From contig CAWGMQ010000008.1 of NCBI GenBank assembly GCA_963823665.1, forward strand, positions 256,001 through 320,000: DNA of 64,000 nucleotides, written 5' to 3'. The DNA is from an uncultured Planctomycetota bacterium (lineage in GTDB: Bacteria; Planctomycetota; Planctomycetia; Isosphaerales; Isosphaeraceae). Shown here piece after piece: positions 40,764 to 49,959 of this stretch. Below the pieces are notes generated by a model. That model worked only from the letters and a program-made list of their open reading frames with translations, did no database searches and was not told the DNA's origin. How positions within the stretch are numbered: the first letter of the stretch is position 1; each line of letters starts with the position of its first letter. The translations under genes and the position numbers were made by a program.

Positions 40764-41600
40764 TCACTCGAACACAGCTATCGATTGCGCATCTTCTCCT
40801 TCGTGGCCATCGTTAATTTCTATTGGCAACGGGGGAAGCGAATCGGATCGTGTCCGCCGGATTCCATCCTTTTCGCGGACCCAGGTCTCCGATCGAAGGC
40901 ACCCGCCGTTCCATAGGCTGTACGCTTTGAAGGACTCCTCGTGCGCTTCAAGCGTTCGCACGACGACAAATCGCGATCCGGGTGGCCCCCAGACGAGTTC
41001 GGAATCGCCCTTTTCTGATCGAACGCACGGCTTGCCGACGACGTCATCGCCGGCGCTGATGACGAGGTCCAGTGCGTACTCCGACACGCTACCGTCGTCC
41101 CCCCTGCGAGAAAGCGGTTCTACGCGAGTTTTCCCGTCCGGTGCGACCAGAACAGTCCCACCTGCGCACAGTCTCTTCGGCGTTTCGATCCGCGACTGGG
41201 TGTCGAAGTAATTCGCCAAGTCGAACAGCTCTTTTTCCCAGCGCTTGAACGAATTCTTCGGCAGACCGTGCCAGCGGATGTATTGTGCGACGCGAAGGTT
41301 GTGTCCGTGGACTCGCTCCTGCTCCCCAGCCTCGATTTGGCACCCCCAAAACCATTTGACAGGTAGTCCCGTCACCCTATCAACGCCGTGGCCCTCGTCG
41401 GAGCTGCAGTGTTCGCAATCGCAGTGTTCGCTCCTGAAAACTGTCAACTCCCCACGCCAGATTTCCCGCTCAGCCTCCCACCATCCAACGTCGTAATACG
41501 ACCACCGCTGGTATCGCACATAAGCCCACGAGCCGACCGCCAGTACAACGACCCAAACCATCATCGATCGTAGTGTGAATCGCATCCGCGGAAGTCGCAT
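40764..41600 (-). CDS. Membrane-anchored hypothetical protein, paralog A
   Basis: GGAG RBS; MRLPRMRFTLRSMMVWVVVLAV leader; GWWEAEREIWRGELT shared with paralog B. Confidence 0.75.
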   Translation of the reverse strand: MRLPRMRFTLRSMMVWVVVLAVGSWAYVRYQRWSYYDVGWWEAEREIWRGELTVFRSEHCDCEHCSSDEGHGVDRVTGLPVKWFWGCQIEAGEQERVHGHNLRVAQYIRWHGLPKNSFKRWEKELFDLANYFDTQSRIETPKRLCAGGTVLVAPDGKTRVEPLSRRGDDGSVSEYALDLVISAGDDVVGKPCVRSEKGDSELVWGPPGSRFVVVRTLEAHEESFKAYSLWNGGCLRSETWVREKDGIRRTRSDSLPPLPIEINDGHEGEDAQSIAVFE

Positions 41601-41684
41601 GGCACGGTCTCCTTCCCGCCGTCTCAAAACGCAACAGCGCGTTCGGAACTCCTCAACGTCTTTCCAAGCGTCAACCCGTCCAAA

Positions 41685-41755
41685 CTACCCGGCCAGGATT
41701 CGAACCTGGAAAAACAGGACCAAAACCTGTTGTGATACCGTTTCACCACCGGGTA
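41685..41755 (-). tRNA. tRNA-Gln (anticodon UUG), CCA not encoded
   Basis: Acceptor stem TACCCGG...CCGGGTA, anticodon arm ACAGG-TTTTGGT-CCTGT, T arm CCAGG-TTCGAAT-CCTGG. Confidence 0.95.
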
Positions 41756-41982
41756 AGGCTGGGTGTATTCTAGCGGGTCAAGCACGGCGCGAAAAGTCGA
41801 GAAGAGCTCCGTGATCGCGATGTGGAGGCTCTTCGCATCGCTTCTGGATTCGTCTAGATTCTTGACTTCAAGCATTTTGAGGCGAGCGCTGGCTTGGCGA
41901 GAGGCGATGTGTGGCCACCGCTCCGCTCGATCTTCGGCGCCGAATTTGGGAAGAAGCAGCACTTAATGCGGAGGCTCCGAAG

Positions 41983-42243
41983 ATGGACTTCCCCGCGGAA
42001 CACTACTTCCAGACGGCGACGCAGCGGATGCGACAGGCGCAGTATCTCTATGCTGTGAACGAAATATATAAGCTATGGGCGAACAATTACAGGTTCGCGT
42101 CCGAAGAGCGCCTTCGTTCTCACTTGAAGCGAATCACCGGGTACCAGAAAATCAAGGGCAACTACTTGAAGGAGCAGACGCGACAGTTCCTGAGTTCGGC
42201 TCAAAAGTTTATCGACAAGCGGGTAGTACAGTGGCAAGCGTGA
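41983..42243 (+). pseudogene. Short helical protein, possibly an internally deleted HEPN-like gene
   Basis: GGAGG RBS. MDFPAEHYFQTATQRMRQAQYLY joins directly to AVNEIYKLWANNYRF, with no HEPN core visible. Confidence 0.45.
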
Positions 42244-42500
42244 AGACCCCACTCGTGCGGAAACTGGAGAGGGTTTTGACCAAACGCTTCCCTGCGCCAG
42301 CCACAGTAAAGCTCGAAGACCTCGACGGAATCATCGGCGTGATCACGTCCGCCAAATTTGCTCGGATGGACACCATCGACCGCCAGAACCTGATCGGCGA
42401 GATTCTAGCGATAGATCTGAACCCGGAAGAACGGAGGCGTGTGCAAGTCATCGTCGCTGTAACGCCGGAAGAAGGAACCGGCTACTTGGCCGGAGTGTGA
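42231..42500 (+). CDS. Small BolA-like/hypothetical protein
   Basis: GVITSAKFARMDTIDRQNLIGEIL...VAVTPEE pattern; overlaps the previous gene. Confidence 0.6.
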   Translation: MASVKTPLVRKLERVLTKRFPAPATVKLEDLDGIIGVITSAKFARMDTIDRQNLIGEILAIDLNPEERRRVQVIVAVTPEEGTGYLAGV

Positions 42501-42525
42501 AGGCCCCCTCCCACCCGATCACGCG

Positions 42526-43206
42526 TCACCCCGCGCAGGAAGACGACACCTCTCCCATCGTCTTCTGCACCTTGTACGCCAGGTTCTCGAGCTGAACGCT
42601 CAGGTCCACAGGGACCAGACTCACGTGCGGGGGCACGGAGAGTGGAACCGGCGCGAAGTTCAGGATGCCGCCAATTCCGCTCGAAACGAGAAGATCGGCC
42701 ACACGCTGCGCCGCCTCCGTGGGAACGCACAAGAGCGCCAGCTTGATCTTGCGCATCGCGACAACCTTGCGCAGGGCATCAATCGGCTCGACGACGAGAC
42801 CATCATGCTTCTGGCCGATCTTGCTCGGGTCGTTGTCGAAGAGAGCCACGACGTGGAACCCGCGTGTTCTGAATCCGCGGTAGCGCAACAGCGCGCGGCC
42901 CAGATTTCCCAGACCGACCAGCGCCAGCGGCCAGTCGTGGTCGATGCCGAGAATGTGCCGGAGCGTACCGATCAGCTCTTCGATCGAGTACCCAACACCC
43001 GGATGCCCGAACTGGCCGAAAAAAGCGAGATCCTTCCGAACCTGGGCGTTCTTGATCGAGAGCGGCTCACCGAGCTGGCTGCTGGAGATCGTCTTGTGAC
43101 CCTGCCGCTGATAAGCTTCGAGCTGCCGCAAGTAGAGGCTCACCCGGCCGACAACGGCCTTGGGCGCCATCTTTACTCCCGTAGGCTCGCGCTCGGGGTC
43201 GCTCAC
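42526..43206 (-). CDS. rex: Redox-sensing transcriptional repressor Rex
   Basis: RVSLYLR, ISSSQLG, QVRKDLAFFGQFG..GVGY, VGLGNLGRAL, GILNFAP. Confidence 0.95.
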   Translation of the reverse strand: MSDPEREPTGVKMAPKAVVGRVSLYLRQLEAYQRQGHKTISSSQLGEPLSIKNAQVRKDLAFFGQFGHPGVGYSIEELIGTLRHILGIDHDWPLALVGLGNLGRALLRYRGFRTRGFHVVALFDNDPSKIGQKHDGLVVEPIDALRKVVAMRKIKLALLCVPTEAAQRVADLLVSSGIGGILNFAPVPLSVPPHVSLVPVDLSVQLENLAYKVQKTMGEVSSSCAG

Positions 43207-43327
43207 CTGAGAGCCTCCAAGGCGGAGTCGTGGGTGGCACTACAAGGTACACCCAACCAGACCCGATTTCCGAAGTGCATGCACCTTTATGAGAGACTTT
43301 AACGCCCCGCCGATCGGGTGGTCAAGG

Positions 43328-44473
43328 TCACTCAACCCCCTGGAAAACCGGCAAGCTGCGCCAGAGTCGGGTCATCCACCCGCGCATCCGCAAATCGCCG
43401 CCAACCTGCGTGATCGTAACCTCTTTCAGCCGCAGCGCGTCGCTCATGGCCTCGCACCCCACGCCACGGATTGGCGTATTCGGATGATCACCGCCCTCGA
43501 CGATGGGCGCGATGAAGACGTCGACGGCGTCGACCTGTTGCGCATCGAAGAACGAGCCCAGCACATGCCCGCCCCCTTCAACCAGCACATTGGTCATCGC
43601 GCGCCTGGAAAGCTCTTCGAGCAAAGCGACGATCGGAATGCGCGACGAGTCTGGAAACGAAACGACTTCACAGCCGTGTTCCCGAAGCGTCGCGCATCGA
43701 ACCGGGTCGGCCGAGCTTGCGACTGCGACCAGAACCGGGCACTCGGCGGCTGTCTGAACCAGGCGGGATGAGACCGGTAACTGGGCCTGGCTATCGAGGA
43801 TAACGCGAGTCGCCGACCGCGGGCCGGGAGGCCGGGCGGTCAAGAGCGGGTCATCCGCGAGGACCGTGCCGATTCCCGCCACGATGGCGTCCACCTTGCC
43901 GCGCACCTGGTGCACCAGTTGCCTCGATGACTCGGACGAGATCCATCGGCTGTCACCGGTCTTGACCGCGGTCTTGCCGTCCAGGGTCATGGCCCATTTC
44001 GCGGTAACGTAGGGGAGGCCCGTCGTCACGCGCTTCAAGTACGGGGCGTTCAGGCTTCGGGCGGCTTGCTCCTGGCAGCCTGATTCAACCGCGACTCCGG
44101 CGGCCCGGAGAAGGTCGAAGCCTCCTCCGTTCACCTGGTGAAACGGATCGCGAATCGCCGCGACAACCCGCCCGATTCCCGCCGCAAGTATTGCCGAGGT
44201 GCACGGGGGGGTTTTGCCGTGGTGGCAGCACGGCTCGAGCGTGACGTAGAGCGTGGCCCCCTTTGCTTCGCCTCCCGCTTGCTCCAGCACGACGATTTCC
44301 GCATGCGGCCCACCAAACCGCTGGTGGTGACCGGTTGCGAGCAAGCGCTCGTCCTTCATCAGGACCGCGCCCACGAGCGGATTGGGCTCGACGCGGCCTC
44401 TCCCGCGCTCGGCCTGCTCGAGCGCACACTTCATCCAGGGAATATCTGCCTCTTCGGAAACCGTCGGCGCCAC
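43328..44473 (-). CDS. ribD: Bifunctional riboflavin deaminase/reductase
   Basis: PNPLVGAV, HAE, TLEPCCHHGKTPPC, KWAMTLDG, DDPLLTAR, VEGG. Confidence 0.96.
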   Translation of the reverse strand: MAPTVSEEADIPWMKCALEQAERGRGRVEPNPLVGAVLMKDERLLATGHHQRFGGPHAEIVVLEQAGGEAKGATLYVTLEPCCHHGKTPPCTSAILAAGIGRVVAAIRDPFHQVNGGGFDLLRAAGVAVESGCQEQAARSLNAPYLKRVTTGLPYVTAKWAMTLDGKTAVKTGDSRWISSESSRQLVHQVRGKVDAIVAGIGTVLADDPLLTARPPGPRSATRVILDSQAQLPVSSRLVQTAAECPVLVAVASSADPVRCATLREHGCEVVSFPDSSRIPIVALLEELSRRAMTNVLVEGGGHVLGSFFDAQQVDAVDVFIAPIVEGGDHPNTPIRGVGCEAMSDALRLKEVTITQVGGDLRMRGWMTRLWRSLPVFQGVE

Positions 44474-44488
44474 GAGGGCCCCCTCGAT

Positions 44489-45514
44489 TCACAAGGGATT
44501 AGGGCGGCCGCGGGACGCCGGTGCGCGACCGGGAGCAGTCGGCCCTCCGGCCGCAGGCGGCGCCGACGCTGGCGCGGAGGCACGCTTCTGCGCCGACTTG
44601 ATTTCGGCCGGGTGCGGAAAGACAAGCCGGTAAACAACCGTCAGCCGGCGCTGCGCCTCTTCGGGCGGATGCGGGTCAAGCGCCGACTGCAACCATGGTG
44701 GAAACGCTGCCAGGAAGTCCGAGAGCCGTTCGGGTGTCGCACTTTTCGGCTGATGTTCACTAAAGTAATAGTTGATTGCCTGGCGGCGTAAGATATCGCG
44801 AGCCAGCTCAGCCCCGATTCCTTCTTTTTTCTTGCGCAGCTCGGCGGGCAGCAGCATCGGACGGTTGGCACGCGCGAATTCTTCAAACCGCTGGATGGCG
44901 CCGGCCTCATCAAAACCGGAAATCGTGACCTCGTGAGGAATGCTCTGGGTTTCCGCCAGCTTGTAGATCGCTTCGTGCCGCTTCGGGATTGCCGGCATAC
45001 GCTCGATCTCACGGCGCTGCGCCTGGGAGAGGCCCTGCCAGATCGTGTAGAGCGACGCCAGCTCGATCGGCGAATACTCTCCCAGATCAACTCGCCTCAA
45101 GAAGCGCGAAGTCGCCGGCTTCGAGAGTGGATAATCACGGATCAGCTTCTTCACCGCGGCAATGCGATCCGCAGGCTCGAGCGCACTCAACTCCTCCTGC
45201 TTGTTTTCGGGGAGCTGATTGAGCCAGTTGTGATAGCGATTCAGCACGTCGAGATACCCGGCGCGAGTCTCGCCCGGAAGTTCGTTGATCCGGCGATCAA
45301 GCTCTCGCAAAGACTGTTGTTGCCCTTGAGTATAGAGCAAATCGAACTTCTTCACATTCTCAGCCAGCTTCGCCCGGCGAGCATCGGGTAGAGTACGGAG
45401 CCGCGCCCAGTTGGCTTCGGAATCGAAGGCTACGGCAGCCAGCAGCATCACCGCCGCCGAAATGACCGGCAAACACACTTTCCGGATCGAGCGATGGTTG
45501 ACGGATTCAGTCAT
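44489..45514 (-). CDS. Secreted helical hypothetical protein (DUF3106-like repeats)
   Basis: Signal-like N-terminus; repeated W/F..LP....L helices. Confidence 0.65.
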   Translation of the reverse strand: MTESVNHRSIRKVCLPVISAAVMLLAAVAFDSEANWARLRTLPDARRAKLAENVKKFDLLYTQGQQQSLRELDRRINELPGETRAGYLDVLNRYHNWLNQLPENKQEELSALEPADRIAAVKKLIRDYPLSKPATSRFLRRVDLGEYSPIELASLYTIWQGLSQAQRREIERMPAIPKRHEAIYKLAETQSIPHEVTISGFDEAGAIQRFEEFARANRPMLLPAELRKKKEGIGAELARDILRRQAINYYFSEHQPKSATPERLSDFLAAFPPWLQSALDPHPPEEAQRRLTVVYRLVFPHPAEIKSAQKRASAPASAPPAAGGPTAPGRAPASRGRPNPL

Positions 45515-45626
45515 GGACACGTCAGTAGTGCGGCTTTCGTGATCGCGTCAAATCGCGAATCGGATGTCGGAGAGGCTCCCGCACGCGCAGGGAACCAATC
45601 GCACTTCGCCCGCAACCGCTCAAACG

Positions 45627-46178
45627 TTAGCGGGCAACGGACCCGAACTCGTTCGAGTCAACCAGATTCTTCAGAAACTCGAACGAGCCGACCTCTAGAT
45701 ATTCGTCGAGGTGTTCCGCCAGCGTCAAGTCTTCTACCAACCGCCTGGTTGGATCGGGCCAGGCCACTCGGGTGAGCGCAAACCCGGCGCCCAGTGAGAT
45801 CGTACCCAGCAGAAGGTAAACCATGACCCGGGCCAGCCGCGCCGACCAGACGGCAACCGCCGGCTCCCAGGCATGCTCTTTCATCTCGAGCCGGCGAATG
45901 TGCGAGATCGTCTTTTCCGAAAACTGCTCGGGTGCCTGCGGCCGCGGCAAGTGATCCAGCAACTCCCACGTCTTCTGAAGCATCTCGACTTCACGGCGCG
46001 CCGTCGCGCTGTGCGTCAGCTTGGTCGCCATCAACCTCGAATGACCTTCCGGCAACTCACCATCAACATAAGCGACCAGGTCGGCCCGCTCATCCGGCGT
46101 GAGACGCAATTGTTCAGGGCGATTGGCCACGCCGTCAGCCTCGGTGAAATCGTCAATCGTTGCGGTCGTGCGCTCCAC
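45627..46178 (-). CDS. Putative membrane anti-sigma factor
   Basis: DLVAYVDGEL...LQKTWELLDHLP anti-sigma-like N-terminus followed by one TM. Confidence 0.65.
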   Translation of the reverse strand: MERTTATIDDFTEADGVANRPEQLRLTPDERADLVAYVDGELPEGHSRLMATKLTHSATARREVEMLQKTWELLDHLPRPQAPEQFSEKTISHIRRLEMKEHAWEPAVAVWSARLARVMVYLLLGTISLGAGFALTRVAWPDPTRRLVEDLTLAEHLDEYLEVGSFEFLKNLVDSNEFGSVAR

Positions 46179-46262
46179 CGGGGAAAGCCAGGCGACGGAC
46201 CGAACCTTCAGCGGCGGATGATCAATGCCCGATTAGCAGCAAACGGTCGGCTTGAATCATGG

Positions 46263-46859
46263 TCACATCATGCCGCCCATGCCGCCCATGCCACCGCCCA
46301 TGCCGCCCATGCCGCCCATGCCACCACCGAACCCACCGCCGCCACCACCGCCGCGACCCAGGGCGCGGGGAGTGCCGAGCGCACGACTGGTCCGCCCAGT
46401 GACGTTGGAATTTGGTGCGCGGCCCGATCGCAAACCCGGAAAGAACGAAGCTGCGCGGCCGTAATAGAGTGACGGTCCACTGCCATCAAGATTCGACGGG
46501 TCTTGGGCGAACCGAAAAGGTCGAGCGAGGCGTTCTTGATTCTGGCCGGAGTAGGGATGCAGCGGGTCGAAGCTCTGGTCCTCGCGGGCGGAAATGGGGT
46601 TGTACAATCCGCGTTTGTCCATCTGGGAGTAGTACTGTCGCTGTGCAACCGCCTGATTCAGCGTGTCAATCGGGCGGGGTCGCATTGATTGCAACTGCTG
46701 GTTAGGCAGATAAAACGCGTAGTAAAACGTAAACGGGTCGCTCGTGATATCGCCGCCTCCGAGGCCGAGCCCCTGCGCCTGTACACGAGACGCAGGCGAC
46801 AGCAGTGCGCCGCTTGCCACGATCAAACCCACCATCACACGCAGTAGATGCCGGAACAT
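46263..46859 (-). CDS. Secreted hypothetical protein with Gly/Met-rich tail
   Basis: GGAGG RBS, signal peptide and (GGM)n C-terminus encoded by 9-bp repeats. Confidence 0.75.
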   Translation of the reverse strand: MFRHLLRVMVGLIVASGALLSPASRVQAQGLGLGGGDITSDPFTFYYAFYLPNQQLQSMRPRPIDTLNQAVAQRQYYSQMDKRGLYNPISAREDQSFDPLHPYSGQNQERLARPFRFAQDPSNLDGSGPSLYYGRAASFFPGLRSGRAPNSNVTGRTSRALGTPRALGRGGGGGGGFGGGMGGMGGMGGGMGGMGGMM

Positions 46860-47042
46860 GATAGCGACCCTCCTCGGTTCGGCTGTGGAGGCTCAGACCC
46901 TTTGCGTGATTTCGGATCGCGGGGCCTGCGGACGCGAGCGGAAGTCGAGCCTGCTTTCCTCCACCCGCCGAATTTACTATCATAATCGAGACAAGCGGAC
47001 GTTCAAGACGCAACTCGTCAAAAGCCGAGGAGTCAGACGAGG

Positions 47043-47417
47043 ATGTTGAGCTGGGCAAGGCCGCTGCTGGATTCGTGTATCGCGTTCGCTGAGCTTCCGT
47101 CCCGCGAATCGTTGCGCACGAAGTACATTCCGCTGGCACTGCTCACGGTGTTGCTTGCGGCCTTGCTCTGGAAGGCTGTGCGAGTGTGGAGCGAGATTCA
47201 CGACGTGGAAGAACCCGATTCGCCGACCGATCTGCTCGCTTCATTCGAGCAAGCTCACGCCACAGGCGAGCTGGACGACGCCGAGTTTGCTCGTGTACGT
47301 GCGCAATTCGGCGGCCCCGCCAGGTCCGCCCTGCCACCGGCAGACGATGCCGCTGCCCGCCTGACGGTTTCCCTCGAGGGCAGCCATCCGCAGTTGCCGG
47401 CCCCGTCGCAGGAATGA
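47043..47417 (+). CDS. Small membrane protein with SHOCT-like motif (start uncertain)
   Basis: One TM, then GELDDAEFARVR. Confidence 0.55.
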   Translation: MLSWARPLLDSCIAFAELPSRESLRTKYIPLALLTVLLAALLWKAVRVWSEIHDVEEPDSPTDLLASFEQAHATGELDDAEFARVRAQFGGPARSALPPADDAAARLTVSLEGSHPQLPAPSQE

Positions 47418-47479
47418 TCTTCTGATGAGGCTGCAAGCCAATCACCCCGGCTCGGGACTGCTTGGAGGAGCCAGACCGT

Positions 47480-48301
47480 TCACATCGAGATATTCGCGCG
47501 TTCCCAGGAGCGCATCGGGTTGATGCCGGTCTTCGACTCGCGGATGAAGGCGAGGAACTCAGCGACCTCGCAGACGGCGCCCAACGTCGACTCGATCTCT
47601 TCGAGAGCCGCGTTCTGCGCCATTCCCTCGCGATAGAGCAGCCGGAATGCCCGCCGCATTCCGTCGATCGCGGATGCAGAGAGACCCGCACGGCGCATCC
47701 CGATCAAATTCAACCCCGTGACGCAGTTCTGTCCCTGCTGGAGAATGAAAGGGGGGATGTCCTTCGTGCTCGAGCCCATGCCGCCGAGCATGGCAAGCCG
47801 TCCGACCCGCACGCGTTGTTGAATCGCCGTCTGACTCGAGATGACGCAGCCGTCGTGAAGGATCACGTGCCCGCCGATCTGGGCGTTGTTCACCACCGTG
47901 CAGTCATTACCAACCTGCACGTCGTGCCCGAGGTGACAGCCGATCATGAACATGTTGCGGTCGCCGATGCATGTGCATCCGCGGCCGTCCGGAGTTCCAC
48001 GGTGAATCGTGACGTATTCCCGAAAAACGTTCCGGTCGCCGATTCGCACCGATGTCATCTCGCCCCGGTAAGCTCGGTGCTGCGGGCTCTTGCCGAGAAT
48101 CGCCCCATGCGCGACGAAGTTCTCAGCCCCCATCGTGAGCGGGCCGGTCAGGCTGGCGTGGGCTTCGATGATGCATTCCGGCCCGATCTCGACCGCGCCC
48201 TCAATGATCGCATAAGGTCCGACCTGGACGTCGGGCGCCAGCGTCGCTTCGGGGTCGATGACGGCAGTCGGGTGGATCAATTCCGAAGCGGCGAGCGTCA
48301 T
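47480..48301 (-). CDS. lpxA: Acyl-ACP-UDP-N-acetylglucosamine O-acyltransferase
   Basis: IHPTAVID hexapeptide repeats, REYVTIHRGT, HLGHD, GHV, DIPPF, GLNLIGMRRAG. Confidence 0.9.
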   Translation of the reverse strand: MTLAASELIHPTAVIDPEATLAPDVQVGPYAIIEGAVEIGPECIIEAHASLTGPLTMGAENFVAHGAILGKSPQHRAYRGEMTSVRIGDRNVFREYVTIHRGTPDGRGCTCIGDRNMFMIGCHLGHDVQVGNDCTVVNNAQIGGHVILHDGCVISSQTAIQQRVRVGRLAMLGGMGSSTKDIPPFILQQGQNCVTGLNLIGMRRAGLSASAIDGMRRAFRLLYREGMAQNAALEEIESTLGAVCEVAEFLAFIRESKTGINPMRSWERANISM

Positions 48302-48456
48302 CTGCAAACTCCTTCTGCCCCGCCAGATGAAATGGACCTCCAGTCCTCTCATGGTGATCGGATAACGACCTCACAAGATTTAAGAAATCACTTTCGACGA
48401 ATTCGTCCATTCCAAAAACCGTTCGGCGACCGGAATGCGCACGTGATTGCAATCAC

Positions 48457-49503
48457 TCAAGCAATCTCGATTGGTCGCTTGGATTGGACGCTCGCGATCT
48501 CTGCCAGGCAAAGTTTCAGCGCCTGTCGCGCGAGACCTCCCGAGAGCTGGTCGGCTTCTGTCGTGGTTGCGACCGCCCCAGCGGCGACGGAGAGCTCGCG
48601 CGCGAATGAGTCGATTGGATCGCCGCTTCCGAGGCTGGGGTGCTCGACCGAGCCATCGGGCAGGATCACGGACAGGGGCATCGCGAGGTGGCCTTCCCCG
48701 GCCAGGTTGGCGAATTCAAATGCGAGGGTAGCACGCTCGAGATAGAACTCGAACCCGTGGGCGAACGGCCGGCCAGGCTGGCTGAGCGCGCCCGAGGTGC
48801 AAGAGACGGTGAGGTCCGACCCGTCGTAGAGATACTGTGTGGTCAAGTGAACGACGGCGCCTTCCTGGACGATTCCCCTTGAATGAACGGCGCGGGGCGT
48901 GCCGCAGGCGAGCGCGACAAAGTGCGTGTCGTGGATATGCAGATCGACGGCCGGCCCGCCGCTGCGGCCGGCGTCGGCGATGCCGCTGGACCAGTCCGGC
49001 TTCGAGATCACGCGGTACAGGTGCGCGGCCTGAACCGCTCCGTAGCGGCCGGATCGAACGGCATCGAGGGCAAAGGCAAATTCGGGGAAGAAGGGGAGCA
49101 CATGCCCGACCATGAGCAGCTTTCCGGCCGACCTGGCGGCTTGCACCATCTCGTCCGCGGCACTGGTCGACAAGGCGATCGGCTTTTCGACCAGCACGTG
49201 CTTGCCGGCCCGCAGTGCCTGAATGGCCATCGGCGCATGCGAATCATTAGGAACGCACAGATCGACGAGGTCGACCGCGGGATCAGCCAGGAGCGCCTCG
49301 AAATCCCGGTAGCAGCTCAACCCCGAGAGGTCCATCTGGGTGCCGCGCGGCCCAAAATTGCCCTGAATGCTCGTCCAATCTCCAGCCAGCTTCTTCGCGT
49401 CACGGCTACACAAGGCGACGATCTTCAATCCGCTCGCACGCTGCGCGGCGAGGTAGTGGATCATGCCCATGAAGCCAACGCCGACGATTCCAACCCTTAC
49501 CAT
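48457..49503 (-). CDS. Gfo/Idh/MocA family oxidoreductase
   Basis: VGIVGVGFMG, GKHVLVEKP, DLHIHD. Confidence 0.92.
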   Translation of the reverse strand: MVRVGIVGVGFMGMIHYLAAQRASGLKIVALCSRDAKKLAGDWTSIQGNFGPRGTQMDLSGLSCYRDFEALLADPAVDLVDLCVPNDSHAPMAIQALRAGKHVLVEKPIALSTSAADEMVQAARSAGKLLMVGHVLPFFPEFAFALDAVRSGRYGAVQAAHLYRVISKPDWSSGIADAGRSGGPAVDLHIHDTHFVALACGTPRAVHSRGIVQEGAVVHLTTQYLYDGSDLTVSCTSGALSQPGRPFAHGFEFYLERATLAFEFANLAGEGHLAMPLSVILPDGSVEHPSLGSGDPIDSFARELSVAAGAVATTTEADQLSGGLARQALKLCLAEIASVQSKRPIEIA

Positions 49504-49959
49504 GGCCGTAAATCCTTATCTAAATTTTCGTTTGCGGGATTTCATGGCTTTCATGATTTGTATTGTGTCGGATCACCCGGCGCTCGAGATCATAATCGAC
49601 CGCTCACCCTTGCTCAAACACTCGACCGGGAACCTTCGAGCGAACCGTGCCGGGAGGACATCCAAAAGATTCTTGGTCAAGCCGAGTCAGATCCACCGGG
49701 CAATACCGGTACATCCTCCATCGATCGGATTGAAGGTGTGTGTGTAGTCCCCCCAGGAGATGTCACCGCCAAGAGATTCGTTTCTCGGTGATTTTCGGAT
49801 CACGGTCGAGCGGATTAAGACGATCCAGCGTTCCGGCCGCTTAAGGTTCGTGCCGGACGGTCTGTTTCCGTTGGTCATCGTCGATGATCGGCGCGACTCT
49901 GTGCGCAGAAAAGGTGCTGAGAGCAGAGAGGCTCACCCTCTAATTCGAATGGAGCAGCC

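Noticed and set aside
38822..41755. Prophage or integrative element at tRNA-Gln
   Set aside because: No integrase, phage gene or att direct repeat was found by eye.
42526..43328. Rex operator upstream of rex
   Set aside because: No TTGTGAA-N4-TTCACAA-like palindrome is visible.
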